NCBI GenBank assembly: GCA_963743305.1
Contig: CAVUPH010000042.1
Coordinates: forward strand, 1-64,000
DNA: 64,000 nucleotides
Direction of reading: 5' to 3'
Origin: an uncultured delta proteobacterium
GTDB taxonomy: Bacteria; Desulfobacterota; RBG-13-43-22
A model generated the notes under the pieces. The model saw only the letters and a program-made list of their open reading frames with translations, was not told where the DNA came from and made no database searches. This document shows positions 29,625 to 40,573 of this stretch, piece by piece; the first letter of the stretch is position 1, and the number at the start of each line of letters is the position of its first letter. A program made the position numbers and the translations under genes.

Positions 29625-30368
29625 ATGACTTCCCGTACTATCCGCCTGCTCATCGCTTATGACGGTACCGATTTCCAGGGCTGGCAGCGCCAGCCCCAGG
29701 CCCCCACGATTCAGGGAACTCTGGAAGCCGTATTGCAAAAAATTACCCGGGAGCCAATCGCCTTGACGGGGGCCGGCCGAACGGACGCCGGAGTTCACGC
29801 TTGGGGTCAGGTGGCCCATTTTAAAACGCCGGCGGCCCTGACTCCGGAAAAATGGCAAAGCGCCCTTAACGCCCTTCTGCCTCCGGATATCCGCATTCGA
29901 TCGGTTCAGGAAACGCTGCCCGACTTTCATGCCCGATATGACAGCCGCCTGAAGACCTATGATTATTATCTCTTGAATGGAGGCTGGCCGGCGCCTTTTT
30001 ATCGGCGTTACAGTTGGTGGATCGGTCAACCGCTGGATTTTGGGCTGATGAGCCAGGGGCTTTTGGAGCTCAAAGGGGAGCATGATTTTTCAGCCTACCA
30101 GACTGCCGGGAGTGACGTGAAGCAGACGGTCAAGACCCTGTTTCAGGCCGATTTGATTCGTTTACGCCGGGGAGGGGTCCGTTTGCGATTCCAGGGCGAC
30201 GGGTTTCTCCGGCACATGGTCCGTAATCTGGTCGGGGCTTTGGTTCGTCTGGGGTTGAAAAAGATCACCCTGGGGCAGTGGCAGGATATTTTGGCTTCTC
30301 GGGACCGGTCCCAGGCCGGAGCCATGGCCCCGGCCCAGGGGCTGTTTCTACGAAAAGTGATCTATTGA
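29625..30368 (+). CDS. truA: tRNA pseudouridine(38-40) synthase
   Basis: YDGTDFQGWQ, GAGRTDAGVHA, GFLRHMVRN, APAQGL. Confidence 0.97.
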   Translation: MTSRTIRLLIAYDGTDFQGWQRQPQAPTIQGTLEAVLQKITREPIALTGAGRTDAGVHAWGQVAHFKTPAALTPEKWQSALNALLPPDIRIRSVQETLPDFHARYDSRLKTYDYYLLNGGWPAPFYRRYSWWIGQPLDFGLMSQGLLELKGEHDFSAYQTAGSDVKQTVKTLFQADLIRLRRGGVRLRFQGDGFLRHMVRNLVGALVRLGLKKITLGQWQDILASRDRSQAGAMAPAQGLFLRKVIY

Positions 30369-30374
30369 TGGTGG

Positions 30375-30683
30375 TTCGCCCTTTTGGGTGGGTACCCCCT
30401 AGATCCGGTATGGCCGTGGGGTCTCGGCGAAAGGGTTTTCCAAAGGTACTCCGGACTTCGAACCCGGGCCTAAATTACTAACTTTATTTAAAGCAGGCCC
30501 ATACTCCGAGTATTTTGATGTCTCCCCGGCCGGCCCTGCCTTCTGGAAAATTTGATAGTAAGAGGGCCGGGTTAGAACTTAAAAAGCAATATGGAAAACC
30601 CTTTCGCCGAGACCCCACGGCCAGGGAGGCCCGATTTCAGGTCAATCTACCCTATATTGCAGCCACCCACCCAAAAGGGCGAA
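30375..30683. repeat. ~310-bp element with nested perfect inverted repeats (MITE/REPIN-like)
   Basis: 19-bp IR 30375-30393/30665-30683 and 32-bp IR 30411-30442/30592-30623; internal hairpins. Confidence 0.75.
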
Positions 30684-30695
30684 GCGTCCTATTGA

Positions 30696-30848
30696 TTAGG
30701 CTTTATTGGTTTGGACTGTTTCTTCCACAGTCCGGTAAATGCCCCGGAAGGCTTCATCGAAGCTGCTGATGGCCAGCCGCCCGATTTCAATGTATTTAAT
30801 GACGATTTCCTTGGTCACTTTCAGGATCAATTCCTCTTCCGGTTTCAT
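30696..30848 (-). CDS. 50-aa hypothetical protein (absent from the ORF track)
   Basis: SD GGAGG; MKPEEELILKVTKEIVIKYIEIGRLAISSFDEAFRGIYRTVEETVQTNKA, amphipathic helices. Confidence 0.65.
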   Translation of the reverse strand: MKPEEELILKVTKEIVIKYIEIGRLAISSFDEAFRGIYRTVEETVQTNKA

Positions 30849-31179
30849 AGTCCAAAACCTCCGCAGAAGGTAATAAGCTAGCCAAAAATATTTGAAATAT
30901 TTTTGGCTGTAATAAAATCCATTTTAATAGACAAATTCTCAGAACAATGGATGTAAGAAGCTAAAGGCCTCTACTTCAGGAAGAAGGCGTTTTCAGGAAG
31001 CAGAGGCCTTTTATTTTAAGAAGAACCTTGGCAGCCCTCCTTGAATTAAGGATACCGCATAAAAGCCATAAAAAGCAAGGTTGAAGTCAGGGTCGAAATT
31101 GATGAACCGGGGGATTTCCTTTGGTTGCGGGCAAAGGTTTATGCTATAAAAAGGGCCGGCATCTTTCCCGAATGATCCT

Positions 31180-32967
31180 ATGGAAAACAGAATTAAAATA
31201 CTCTCCGAAATGCTGATCAACCAGATCGCCGCCGGTGAAGTGGTGGAGCGGCCGGCTTCGGTGGTGAAGGAACTGTTGGAAAACGCGGTAGACGCCGGGG
31301 CCACCGAAATCCGGGTGGAAATTCAACAAGCCGGGACCTCCCAAATCCTGGTGACGGATAACGGCCAGGGGATGACGCTGGAAGATCTTTCTCTGTCCGT
31401 CGAACGGCACGCCACCAGCAAAATTAAAGGGCTCAACGACCTCTACGGTTTGAAGACCATGGGTTTTCGGGGCGAGGCCTTGCCCAGCATCGCCGCTGTC
31501 AGCCGGCTGTCCATCCGTTCCATCCCCCGGGGCGCCGGCAGCGGCCAGCGCCTCGAGATCTGGGGTGGTGAGAAGAAAGGGCTGGTGGAGATCGCCGGGA
31601 TCTCCGGGACTACCGTGGAGGTAAACGATTTATTCTACCATACCCCGGCGCGCCTGGCCTTTCTAAAGAGCCCTCGGGCCGAATGGAGCCGGATTCAATC
31701 GGCCTTTGAGCGGGTGGCCCTGGGGTTCCCGGAGATCCAGATGAGCTTGCACCATAACGGAAAAAAGGTCATTCATCTGCTGCCGACGAAACAGCGTGTC
31801 TTTCGACTGGAAGAACTCTGGGGAAAAGAGCGGACTTCGGGATTGATCGGAGTGGAAGGGGAGGAATATAATGTCCGGGTTCAAGGATTTGTTTCTCCGC
31901 CCCAGGTTCACCTCAATACCGGCCGCTATGTAGCCTTGATCGTCAACCGCCGCTGGGTTCGGAGCCCTTTAATTTATCCTCTGATTTTGAATTCTTATAA
32001 AGGCCTGCTCCCCCAGGGCCGATTCCCCTTGGCCGCCTTGTGGATGGAGGTTCCTCCCGAACTGGTGGACGTAAATATTCATCCCGCCAAGCAGGAGGTC
32101 CGTTTCAGCCACGAGGAATGGGTGCTGGAGGTGGGTCGAAAAGCCCTGGGCCGGGCCTTAAAAAACCTGACGCCGCTGGAGGTCAATTCGCGAACGGCCT
32201 ATTTCCCGCCTTTTCGAGAAACCGCTTCGGACGAGTTGCCCTTGCTTCGCGAACCGCAGGCGGCCTTGGCTTCACCGGCAGCCTTTTCCTCCTTCCGGTC
32301 CGGACCTGGATTCCGGCCGGAAGCGGAAAGGGCTTCCGAAGCGGCGCCGACTTTTTCCGGGACAGCGGTTGAGGGGAAAACCGGCCCCTTTTCGGGACTG
32401 TTCCTGCTGGGGCAAGTATACCGATCGTACCTTTTGGCCGTGGGAGAATCGGGTCTGCTGGTGGTGGATCAGCACGCCGCCCATGAACGGGTCCTTTATG
32501 AAAAATTTCTTCAGGGCCGGCGCCGGGGCGGGGTGGCCTCGCAGCTTTTGTTGACGCCCTTGGTGCTCGAACTCGCGCCGACGGACTCGGAAACGGTCCA
32601 GGACCTGGAGAGCAGTCTTCGGGCCTTGGGTTTTGATTGGGCGCCGGGCAGGGGACCCTCGTACCGGATTACGGCCATCCCGCAGGAATTATCGCCGGCC
32701 CAGGCGGCGGAAGCCGTGCAGGAAATTTTTTTGACCCTAACGTCCGGGCGGGAAACAAGCGATCACTCCGATCAGGCCGAGAGGCTTCTGAAGAGCCTGG
32801 CCTGCCACGGGGCCATTAAAGCCGGTCAATCCTTGACGGAAGCGGAGATGCGGAGTTTGCTGCGCGATTTGGATCAAACCGAACAACCATCACACTGCCC
32901 TCACGGTCGGCCCCTGTGGTTCCTACTGTCGCTGGATGAAATCGAGAGGCGGCTGAAAAGGAAATAA
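31180..32967 (+). CDS. mutL: DNA mismatch repair protein MutL
   Basis: IAAGEVVERPASVVKEL, GFRGEAL, DQHAAHER, CPHGRP. Confidence 0.98.
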   Translation: MENRIKILSEMLINQIAAGEVVERPASVVKELLENAVDAGATEIRVEIQQAGTSQILVTDNGQGMTLEDLSLSVERHATSKIKGLNDLYGLKTMGFRGEALPSIAAVSRLSIRSIPRGAGSGQRLEIWGGEKKGLVEIAGISGTTVEVNDLFYHTPARLAFLKSPRAEWSRIQSAFERVALGFPEIQMSLHHNGKKVIHLLPTKQRVFRLEELWGKERTSGLIGVEGEEYNVRVQGFVSPPQVHLNTGRYVALIVNRRWVRSPLIYPLILNSYKGLLPQGRFPLAALWMEVPPELVDVNIHPAKQEVRFSHEEWVLEVGRKALGRALKNLTPLEVNSRTAYFPPFRETASDELPLLREPQAALASPAAFSSFRSGPGFRPEAERASEAAPTFSGTAVEGKTGPFSGLFLLGQVYRSYLLAVGESGLLVVDQHAAHERVLYEKFLQGRRRGGVASQLLLTPLVLELAPTDSETVQDLESSLRALGFDWAPGRGPSYRITAIPQELSPAQAAEAVQEIFLTLTSGRETSDHSDQAERLLKSLACHGAIKAGQSLTEAEMRSLLRDLDQTEQPSHCPHGRPLWFLLSLDEIERRLKRK

Positions 32968-32997
32968 CCATATTAAAGGAAAACTCGAAATCCGAAA

Positions 32998-33925
32998 ATG
33001 GGTAATGAAGCACCTAAAGTGGTAATTATTACCGGTCCGACCGCTGTCGGTAAATCGAGCCTGGGGCATCGCCTGGCCAAAACCCTGGGCGGGGAGATCA
33101 TCAATGCCGATTCCATGCAGGTTTACCGGCGCCTGGATATCGGAACGGCCAAGCCAAGTCCGGAAGAGCGGAGGGAAGTCCCCTATCACCTGATCGATAT
33201 TCGTAATCCCGATCAGTCCTTCCAGGCCGCCGATTTCAGAAACCTGGCCCTGGAGGCCATCTCCGGGCTGGCTGTCCGGCAAAAGCCTATTATCGTGATC
33301 GGCGGGACAGGCCTTTACTTGCGGGTCCTGCAGCGGGGTCTGTTCCCCTGCCCGGAACCGAAGGCGGAGATTCGGCAGAAATGGGTCGATCAAGCTGCGG
33401 GGCGGGAAGAGACATTTCCTCTGGGAATGTTTGAATGACAGGGATCCGGCGGCAGCCGGTCGAATTCATTTCCGGGACCGGGTCCGATTGATCCGTGCCC
33501 TGGAAGTGCTGGAACTGACCGGGCGTCGCCTTTCGGAATGGCAGCAGTGGGACCGGAGGCCGGAGGATCCCGGATTTTTTTTTTGGATCGGACTGCGGGA
33601 GGACCGGCCCAAACTCTATGAGCGCATCAACCGGAGGGCTGATGAAATGATCCGGCAGGGGTTTCTGGAGGAGGTGGAAGGATTGCTGGCTCAAGGATAC
33701 GGGCCGGAACTACGTCCACTGAATGCCTTGGGGTACCGCCACTTGATCAAGGTCGTGAAAGGGGAGTGGGAACTGGGTCAGGCGCTGGAACTCCTTAAAC
33801 GAGACACCCGCCGCTATGCCAAGCGGCAATTCACCTGGCTCTCCAGGGAGCCTGATTTGAACTGGTTTTTCCCGGAAGAGTTTGATACCATCCTCGAAAA
33901 GGCAAAAATTTTCCTGAAAGGATGA
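32998..33925 (+). CDS. miaA: tRNA dimethylallyltransferase; frameshift near 33400-33430
   Basis: GPTAVGKS, ADSMQVY, GGTGLY; C-half RALEV, LGYR, TRRYAKRQFTW. Confidence 0.95.
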
Positions 33926-33929
33926 GGTT

Positions 33930-34457
33930 GTGAATTCGTTCGCCAATTGGATCACCCTGATCCGGATCATCCTGATCCCCTGGTTTGCCATCCTGCTGAT
34001 CAACGGGGCACTGAATCAGGCGCTCTGGGTTTTTATGGCGGCGGCCGTGTCTGATGCCCTGGATGGGTTTGTGGCCCGGGTGTTCTCCCAGAAGACCCGC
34101 CTGGGTTCGTTCCTGGACCCGATTGCCGATAAGCTCCTGTTGTCCACGGCCTTTATCACGCTGGCCGTCTTGAAACAGATCCCGGGCTGGCTGACCGTGA
34201 TTGTCATCAGCCGGGATGTGGTGATCGTCGTCGGCGTAGCCATCCTTTTCCTCAACCAGTTGCGGCTGGACATTAAGCCTTCAATCGTCAGCAAACTGAC
34301 CACCGCCTGCCAGGCCCTGCTGATCGTGATTATTCTGGCTTCCGGATACCTCCAATGGGCACCCTGGGTGAAGCCGGGGATTGTGTACCTGACGCTGGTC
34401 CTGACGGTCGTCTCGGGATTGCATTACATCTATTCCGGTCTGCGGACTATTACCTGA
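33930..34457 (+). CDS. CDP-alcohol phosphatidyltransferase (PgsA-like)
   Basis: NWITLIRI, DALDGFVAR...LGSFLDPIADK. Confidence 0.9.
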   Translation: MNSFANWITLIRIILIPWFAILLINGALNQALWVFMAAAVSDALDGFVARVFSQKTRLGSFLDPIADKLLLSTAFITLAVLKQIPGWLTVIVISRDVVIVVGVAILFLNQLRLDIKPSIVSKLTTACQALLIVIILASGYLQWAPWVKPGIVYLTLVLTVVSGLHYIYSGLRTIT

Positions 34458-34547
34458 TAACCTCGCTGGCGAGTCCCTCGTCACTTGAAACCGATTTTTT
34501 CTTGACAGCCGCACGGATAATTGATTAGGATCGTAAATGAAAAGAAT

Positions 34548-34622
34548 AGGCACGTAGCTCAGTGGGAGAGCACTACCCTGACACGGTAGGGGTCACGAGT
34601 TCAACCCTCGTCGTGCCTACCA
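34548..34622 (+). tRNA. tRNA-Val (GAC)
   Basis: Acceptor AGGCACG/CGTGCCT, anticodon arm CTACC-CTGACAC-GGTAG, GTTCAA T-loop, encoded CCA; TTGACA promoter at 34502. Confidence 0.97.
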
Positions 34623-34632
34623 GGAGAAACCT

Positions 34633-34677
34633 GAGGAGTTAATCCGGCCAACCCGGCCTGGATTAACTCCTTTTTTG
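34633..34677 (+). terminator. Intrinsic terminator after tRNA-Val (element-supplied)
   Basis: AGGAGTTAATCC...GGATTAACTCCT-TTTTT. Confidence 0.75.
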
Positions 34678-34816
34678 ATTTCAGACTAACCCCCAGGGGG
34701 ACGCGGCGGAATGCGCCAAGGCAAAAATTGGAAGCAGCGGATCCCTGTTCGCCCTCACAGATATAATAGGATTGTAATCCTAACAAAAAGATACTATAAT
34801 AATCGATATCAAGGAC

Positions 34817-35960
34817 TTAGACCCATTTGCGGATTAAGTCCTTTTTCGTTTCTGCTACCATTTTGCTACCATCCTTCACAAAAATGGCATTTTCCAGCCG
34901 CTGAACGGCCTCTTGATTGGTGGGTTTCAATAGGTGGGTATAGACGTTTAACGTCACCGTCGGGGAAGAGTGCCCCAACTGGGTTTGAATGTATTTGACG
35001 TTCTCCCCCTGCTCGATCATCAAAGAAGCGTAGGTATGCCGAAGATCGTGAAACGTTATCGTCGGTAACTTGGCTTTCTTCAAAGCAGGAAGGTAATACC
35101 GTCCAACAAGATTGTTCCGGCTCATCATGTTTCCGGTTTCGGTGGGGAATATCGAGCTTATCTACGTCTTTACTGAAAAGAGACTCCAGCCGCCAGCTTT
35201 CTTAACTCCCTGACCACAACCGGGGACAAATCAATCCTCCGGTTGGAAGTCGTCGTCTTGGTAGGGAACAACCGGCCATCTCTCCCGGTCCGTTGAATAT
35301 GGACTTGTTTCTTCTCAAGGTCCAGGTCCCCCCATTGCAGGGAAAAGATTTTCGTCCCTGCCTTGCGCCGGTCATTACCGCAAATAGAAAAAGGGTTCGA
35401 TACATTCCGGTCGGGGTGTTCTCTAATAACTGGCCAACCTGCTCCGGGGCCAGTATTTGCATTTCCCGGCCTTCGTGCCTTACATCCCTTGGCCGTTCGG
35501 TATCCCGGAAGCGGGTTACTGTTCGAAATCACCTGTTCTTCACCGCATAGGCTAGGACTTGCCCCAAAGTGACCAGCACCTTGCGCAGGGTGGCAATGTT
35601 CATCTTCTTTGCCTGCCTATCGGTGATATACTTTTCCAAAACCGGAATGGTTATTTGGCTGATCTTCAGAGGGTCCAGGTCGGTAAAGTGTTTCCTGATA
35701 TGAACATCCAATACCTCCCAATAGGTTTCCCTGACTTTCGGTTTCTTATAAGCCAGCCAATACTTGGCAACCTCGGCAAAGGTCGGTATATCCGCCTTTG
35801 GTAAATAGGTTTGGTCCTCTACCTGCTCAAGTATTCGCTTCATCTCCCGTTCAGCGTCGTCCTTCTTCATGCCCTTGCGCAGGGTCTTCCAGCGTCTTGC
35901 CCCGGTATGATCCCGAAAGTCAACTACCCATCTTCCGCGCCTTTTTACGATACAGGCCAT
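34817..35960 (-). CDS. int: Tyrosine recombinase/integrase; frameshifted
   Basis: N-terminal arm-binding region, AVMTGARQG, FHDLRHTYAS, QLGHSSPTVTLNVYTH. Confidence 0.92.
34852..34871 (+). repeat. Integrase arm-type site candidate (left copy)
   Basis: CTGCTACCATTTTGCTACCA, identical to 41251-41270; tandem TGCTACCA. Confidence 0.75.
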
Positions 35961-36159
35961 TTATTTTCACCTCCTTTCGTTTTTGGTTTGGGAGGGTGGC
36001 GTCAATTGCCTGGAGTGCCAGGTGCAGGAAAGGCGATATCTTTCTTGTCCCGGCCTCCCATCGGATTACAGTCATGACCGCAACCCCTAAACGGTGGGCA
36101 AGTTCACGCTGTAACATCTCCCTTCCGTGTCTCCAGACTTTGAGTTCCTCCCTGGTCAT
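35920..36159 (-). CDS. XRE-family HTH protein
   Basis: QRELAHRLGVAVMTVIRWEAG. Confidence 0.85.
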   Translation of the reverse strand: MTREELKVWRHGREMLQRELAHRLGVAVMTVIRWEAGTRKISPFLHLALQAIDATLPNQKRKEVKINGLYRKKARKMGS

Positions 36160-36209
36160 GTTCTATTAATAACCAATGGTTATTTAAATGTTTCAAGCAA
36201 AAAATTAAG

Positions 36210-36525
36210 CTAACATCGCCCATTCATCAAGTCTCGCCATTTCAGGACATCTTTAAGCTTAAATGACAAATATTTTCCGGTTTTGTGGTGGGGGATTGGA
36301 TTTTTCTTTAAACACGTCTTTCTGTGAATCCATTTAGGGGAAACGTTCAGGAAATCGGCCAACATGTCTAACGTTCATCTGCTCCCGTTTTGACCATTTT
36401 TCCACCATCAAGCTTCTCTACGGAGCTGTCCAAAAACATCTAATATCATTGGTCTGACTTTCTTCAAAGATTCTAATAGCCACTTGCTCGGCTAGTTCAT
36501 CGGAGAAGGATATTTTAGCTTCCAT
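36210..36525 (-). CDS. Excisionase-like (HTH_17) protein; frameshifted, absent from the ORF track
   Basis: Pieced MEAKISFSDELAEQVAIRIF...MLADFLNVSPKWIHRK...IP(H)HKTGKYLSFKLKDVLKW. Confidence 0.6.
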
Positions 36526-37034
36526 CAAACAACCTTGATTCCCCAAAAAACAACGAGATAAGAATTAATCCTATGAATTGCTTGCCCCTCCCTGTTTTTT
36601 TCCTTATGATCACTGGTCATTCTCATAACCGCATCCCCACGCTTTTTTCTTTCTATTACTTATTATAACCCCAGTTCCGGGAATTGGACAAAAACCGAGT
36701 GAATAATTTTCAAGAAATTTTTATAGTCAGGGAAATCTTTCGGCCTGATAGCTGATGGGGAGATGGAAGAGGATAACTTGAAGGGGTTTGTTGGATTACG
36801 ATGAGGATCAACCGGGAGGTGAGGGTTGAATCTTCTGTGACCGAAGCACATTACTGTATATGTCCAACTGCACATAAATTTTTTCCGGTTTTCGAGAATT
36901 ATCGATTTTGTGGAACTGTACTGGGTGAGGTTCACGGATTTGCTCCCGTTCATAAGTACATTTTAGAGTACCGGGATGCCTTTGACCAAAGTGATCAGAG
37001 GACTAATCGGAATTAAATTGTTCAGGGGGTGAGA

Positions 37035-38078
37035 TGTGAAAAAGCTGAGTAAATTTAGTTCAAAAAAAAATAACTGAAGCGTCTTGGCAACGCAGCGAGT
37101 TTCAAGTCATAGGAGCGGATGTTATTGCTGGCGATCAAAAGAGTTGGGCGCAACCCCATGAGTACGACAAAGCCATATGCATATAGAATAAGGTGTTTTG
37201 TTCATGCACTTATGCTAAGAAGCCCATCATGAGTATCCAGCAATACGTAATGGCCATTTATTGGAAAGTTATTTCCAAGTAAAAATTAGCCGATTGCCTA
37301 GGCTTACCAAAAGAATATGTCGGAACGAAAAGATTTTCGATTGAGTTTTTTCGTTATCAAAGCCAAAACTTCAAATTCCTCCCGTCCTGCTATATTATGA
37401 TCCATCCCAAAGAAAATGTTTCTGCTCAAAGATATAAAGAGTTCCTTCTTTGGGTTTGATGCAAATCTCCGTGGATTGAAGGTTTCAAGAATTGAATATG
37501 CTTCGGATCAGTTTTGTCATGGACCATCAGAAGTTGAACGGCTTTTTGACCTGGAGCAAGGGTATCTTTATGTCCCCCATTCAAGAAAATGCAGGTTGGT
37601 CGGGGGAGAAGTATGCCAATTTTGGCCAACAAAATCGGAAAGATTTATGTCCACGATAATGGAAAAATAAAGATTTATGAAAGAGGTCCAGAATAGTAAA
37701 AAAAATGGGAAGGCATGGGAAAGAAAATTCATAAATAGAGTTCGGTTGGAATATACGGCCAACCATAGAAACAACTTTCTGAAGAATAACGGGTTAGAAT
37801 ATTTAAACCAGTTTATTGCTTCACCTAAATTTCTTCAAATGAATAAAGAACGATTTCGGTTTATGTGTTTTGAAGGTTCAAAAAAACTACCCGCTATATG
37901 GGAAGACTACAGTTTGCCAGACTCTTACGGATCAAGGAAGGATCTTTTCTAGGCCCAACATATTAAGTTAAAAAAGAAAATCCTGAATATAGCGGCTTAT
38001 GTGGCCAAGGTTGAGGAATTTGATCCCCTAATGTCGAGGTTGGAAGCCCTATGGGCAGAATTCGATCAGAAGTGGTAA
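37035..38078 (+). CDS. Heavily frameshifted ORF, candidate Rep_trans-like replication initiator
   Basis: Ordered motifs VSRIEYASD, KIKIYERGP, RVRLEYT across frames; boundaries approximate. Confidence 0.4.
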
Positions 38079-38698
38079 AATTAATTTTTGGGGTAATCGA
38101 ACGACAAGGAGTGGGGGGATATATAATACGTACAAACTATAAATTTTTTCTATCTGTAGACCTAAATAGAAATAGCAATTGCCTTAAAAAGGCCTTGAAT
38201 TAGAATAATTTAAAATGATAGTGGATTATTAGTCTTAACTAATAGATTTTGCTAACCAAATTTAAGGAAAAAGCCACTTTATGATATATGCCATGAAATA
38301 AGGTAATACATGTCTAAGTTATTAGTTTAATAACAATTTGATATCATTTAACATTAGTCCATGTTGTGTTTCAGGCTGATATCCAGGGGGGAAGGGGGTC
38401 TTTAACGCATGAAAAAGGCTTTAGTGTGGCCTTTCTATTTATGGGCTAAAATGAGGATAGGCTCCCTGAGAGCGTCGATTCTGGGGCATTTTGAAAGGCT
38501 TAAAAGGGTATCCTGGGGGGGTGCAATAGCCAACAAAAGACGTTGACAACCCATTAAATTTCTGGTTATCGTCCTACAATAACTTTTAAGAATCTCCGAC
38601 TATTCCAAAAAAACAGCACTAAGCAGTTATTGACGTTCTAACCCTACCGAACCGGGTTATCCGGTTAATGGACTGGAGGATGGCGATGATGGAAAACG

Positions 38699-38732
38699 GC
38701 CCCGTTTCTGAAAAGAAATGGGGTTTTATTTT
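38699..38732 (+). terminator. Terminator-like hairpin in the leader of the collagen-like gene
   Basis: CCCCGTTTCT-GAAA-AGAAATGGGG-TTTTATTTT, just before the SD of 38752. Confidence 0.65.
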
Positions 38733-38751
38733 CAAATAAGGAGGGATTAAC

Positions 38752-39437
38752 ATGAAAAAATTAGTCGTTTCGGTATTAAGCAATATCATCCTAACGGTAT
38801 TTATTTTAGCGGGAAATGTGGCAGCCGGGGAAATTTATGGTTGTTATGGAAAAATTGGAGGACTGCTAAGAATAGTTGATGGACCAAATAAATGTACCAA
38901 ATTAGAAAAACCAATTTTCTGGAACTCAATTGGTATACAAGGGCCAGCAGGGCCTAGGGTCTTCCGGGTCCACAAGGCCCTCAAGGAATTCAAGGAATAA
39001 AAGGCGATACTGGCCCACAAGGTCCAGCGGGGCCAGCAGGACCAACAATAAAAACCGGGCAAGTTATTTTCTCAAACGGACTATGGCCCCCTTTAATTTT
39101 GAATGAACAACCCAATCAAGATATTCCAAGGTCGGAATTGGCTTTAAATTTAGAGCAGGAAAGCACCTTACTAATTATCTTAAATGCTGACATTCAAGTG
39201 GAAAATTCCATTGTTTCCGTTTACTTAATGGTTGATAATGCTCCGAATATTCAGGCAATTTTTGCTGGAGCTGGTGGAAATGAAGGAAATGGTGGGGAAA
39301 GGGGTACAGTTTCAGAAACTGCTTTGTTTGATTTGCCAGCAGGAGATCATGTCATTAAACTGCATGCGACTTTGCATCAAGGAACTTACGGATTAGTGTG
39401 GGGGACTAAATATACTTATATAATTATTCCAAAATAG
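38752..39437 (+). CDS. Exported collagen-like (GXY) protein; frameshift near 38955
   Basis: Signal peptide, IYGCY...LRIV...C...E..IFWN, GPAGP/GPQGPQGIQGIKGDTGPQGPAGPAGP, C-terminal beta-rich domain. Confidence 0.8.
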
Positions 39438-39448
39438 ATAAACAGTTC

Positions 39449-40280
39449 ATGCCTCTTCTAAAGTGCCCTGAATGTTTTAAGGAAATATCAGATAAGGCCA
39501 AAGTTTGCCCTAATTGCGGATTTCCATTCACAGTAAGGAATTGGAAATTAATCCGAAAACTATTTATTTGGCTCCTTGTCATTCCGGTATTAATAATTTT
39601 GTTAAGTATCTTCTATTATTCTCGACAAATCTTAATTCCTCTTCCAATTTTTGGCCTCATCCCCCTATTTTTACTAATTGGAATATTTGGGATTTCTTTA
39701 GCTCAATATAAAATTACCAAATTTAAATTTATAAGGACTCATTATAAATATGTTATTGGTTTTGCCTTGTTAATCGCTTTATCAACCGGGGTATATTACA
39801 TTTATAATCAATATGATACACCTTCTAAAAACCAAACAAGTCCCGCCACGTTGCCAGATGCCAAAAGAATTACAAGAATATTAAGTGGATGGGAGAAGAT
39901 GTTAACTGGAAGGGAAGAGAGTGTAAAATCGGAGGATTTTCCGGAAGGACTTAGGAATAAGATTAAAGAAGAGAAAATGGAAGGGAGCAATTTTTGGATA
40001 CCCGGTTGATTTGAATAAGGACGGTATAAACGAATGGTTTGTAACCGGATCGGGATTCATGGGAAGTCAAGGGATTACTTTTACGGTTTTCTATCAAAGG
40101 AATTCCAAATGGGAGGAAATAGATAACAAAGATATGTTCGGTGGCTTAGATGCTATTGGGCCAACAATGACGAAGGGATTTTACGATATTTTTACCAGCA
40201 CTAAGAATGATGATCAAAAATATAAACATGTTTGGGATGGTAATAAGTACCAGTCGGTATTGATTGAAGACCAATTCTAA
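39449..40280 (+). CDS. Zinc-ribbon membrane protein; probable frameshift near 40005
   Basis: CPECFKEISDKAKVCPNCG, three TM segments; continuation DLNKDGINEW. Confidence 0.7.
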
Positions 40281-40573
40281 AATCAATGATTAACTCCGTG
40301 AGAAAAAGCAAAAAGAAGGAAGAATTAGCAAATCGGCCTTGGGAATACATAAAAGTAGTCTACGGCAGCATGGGCAAAAGGGGACCCTATTGTTAACCTG
40401 GATATAACAATAGAGAATAAGAGCGAGTATGATGTTAAAGATATAACATTTAACATCCGACTTTATATTCAGAATCTGGAACATTACTAAAGTAGCTATT
40501 TGTATACTTTGTATGCTGTCTTGCATAAAGGTGAAAAAAGAACTTTTAATAGATTTAATTATTGGGGTGAGGC

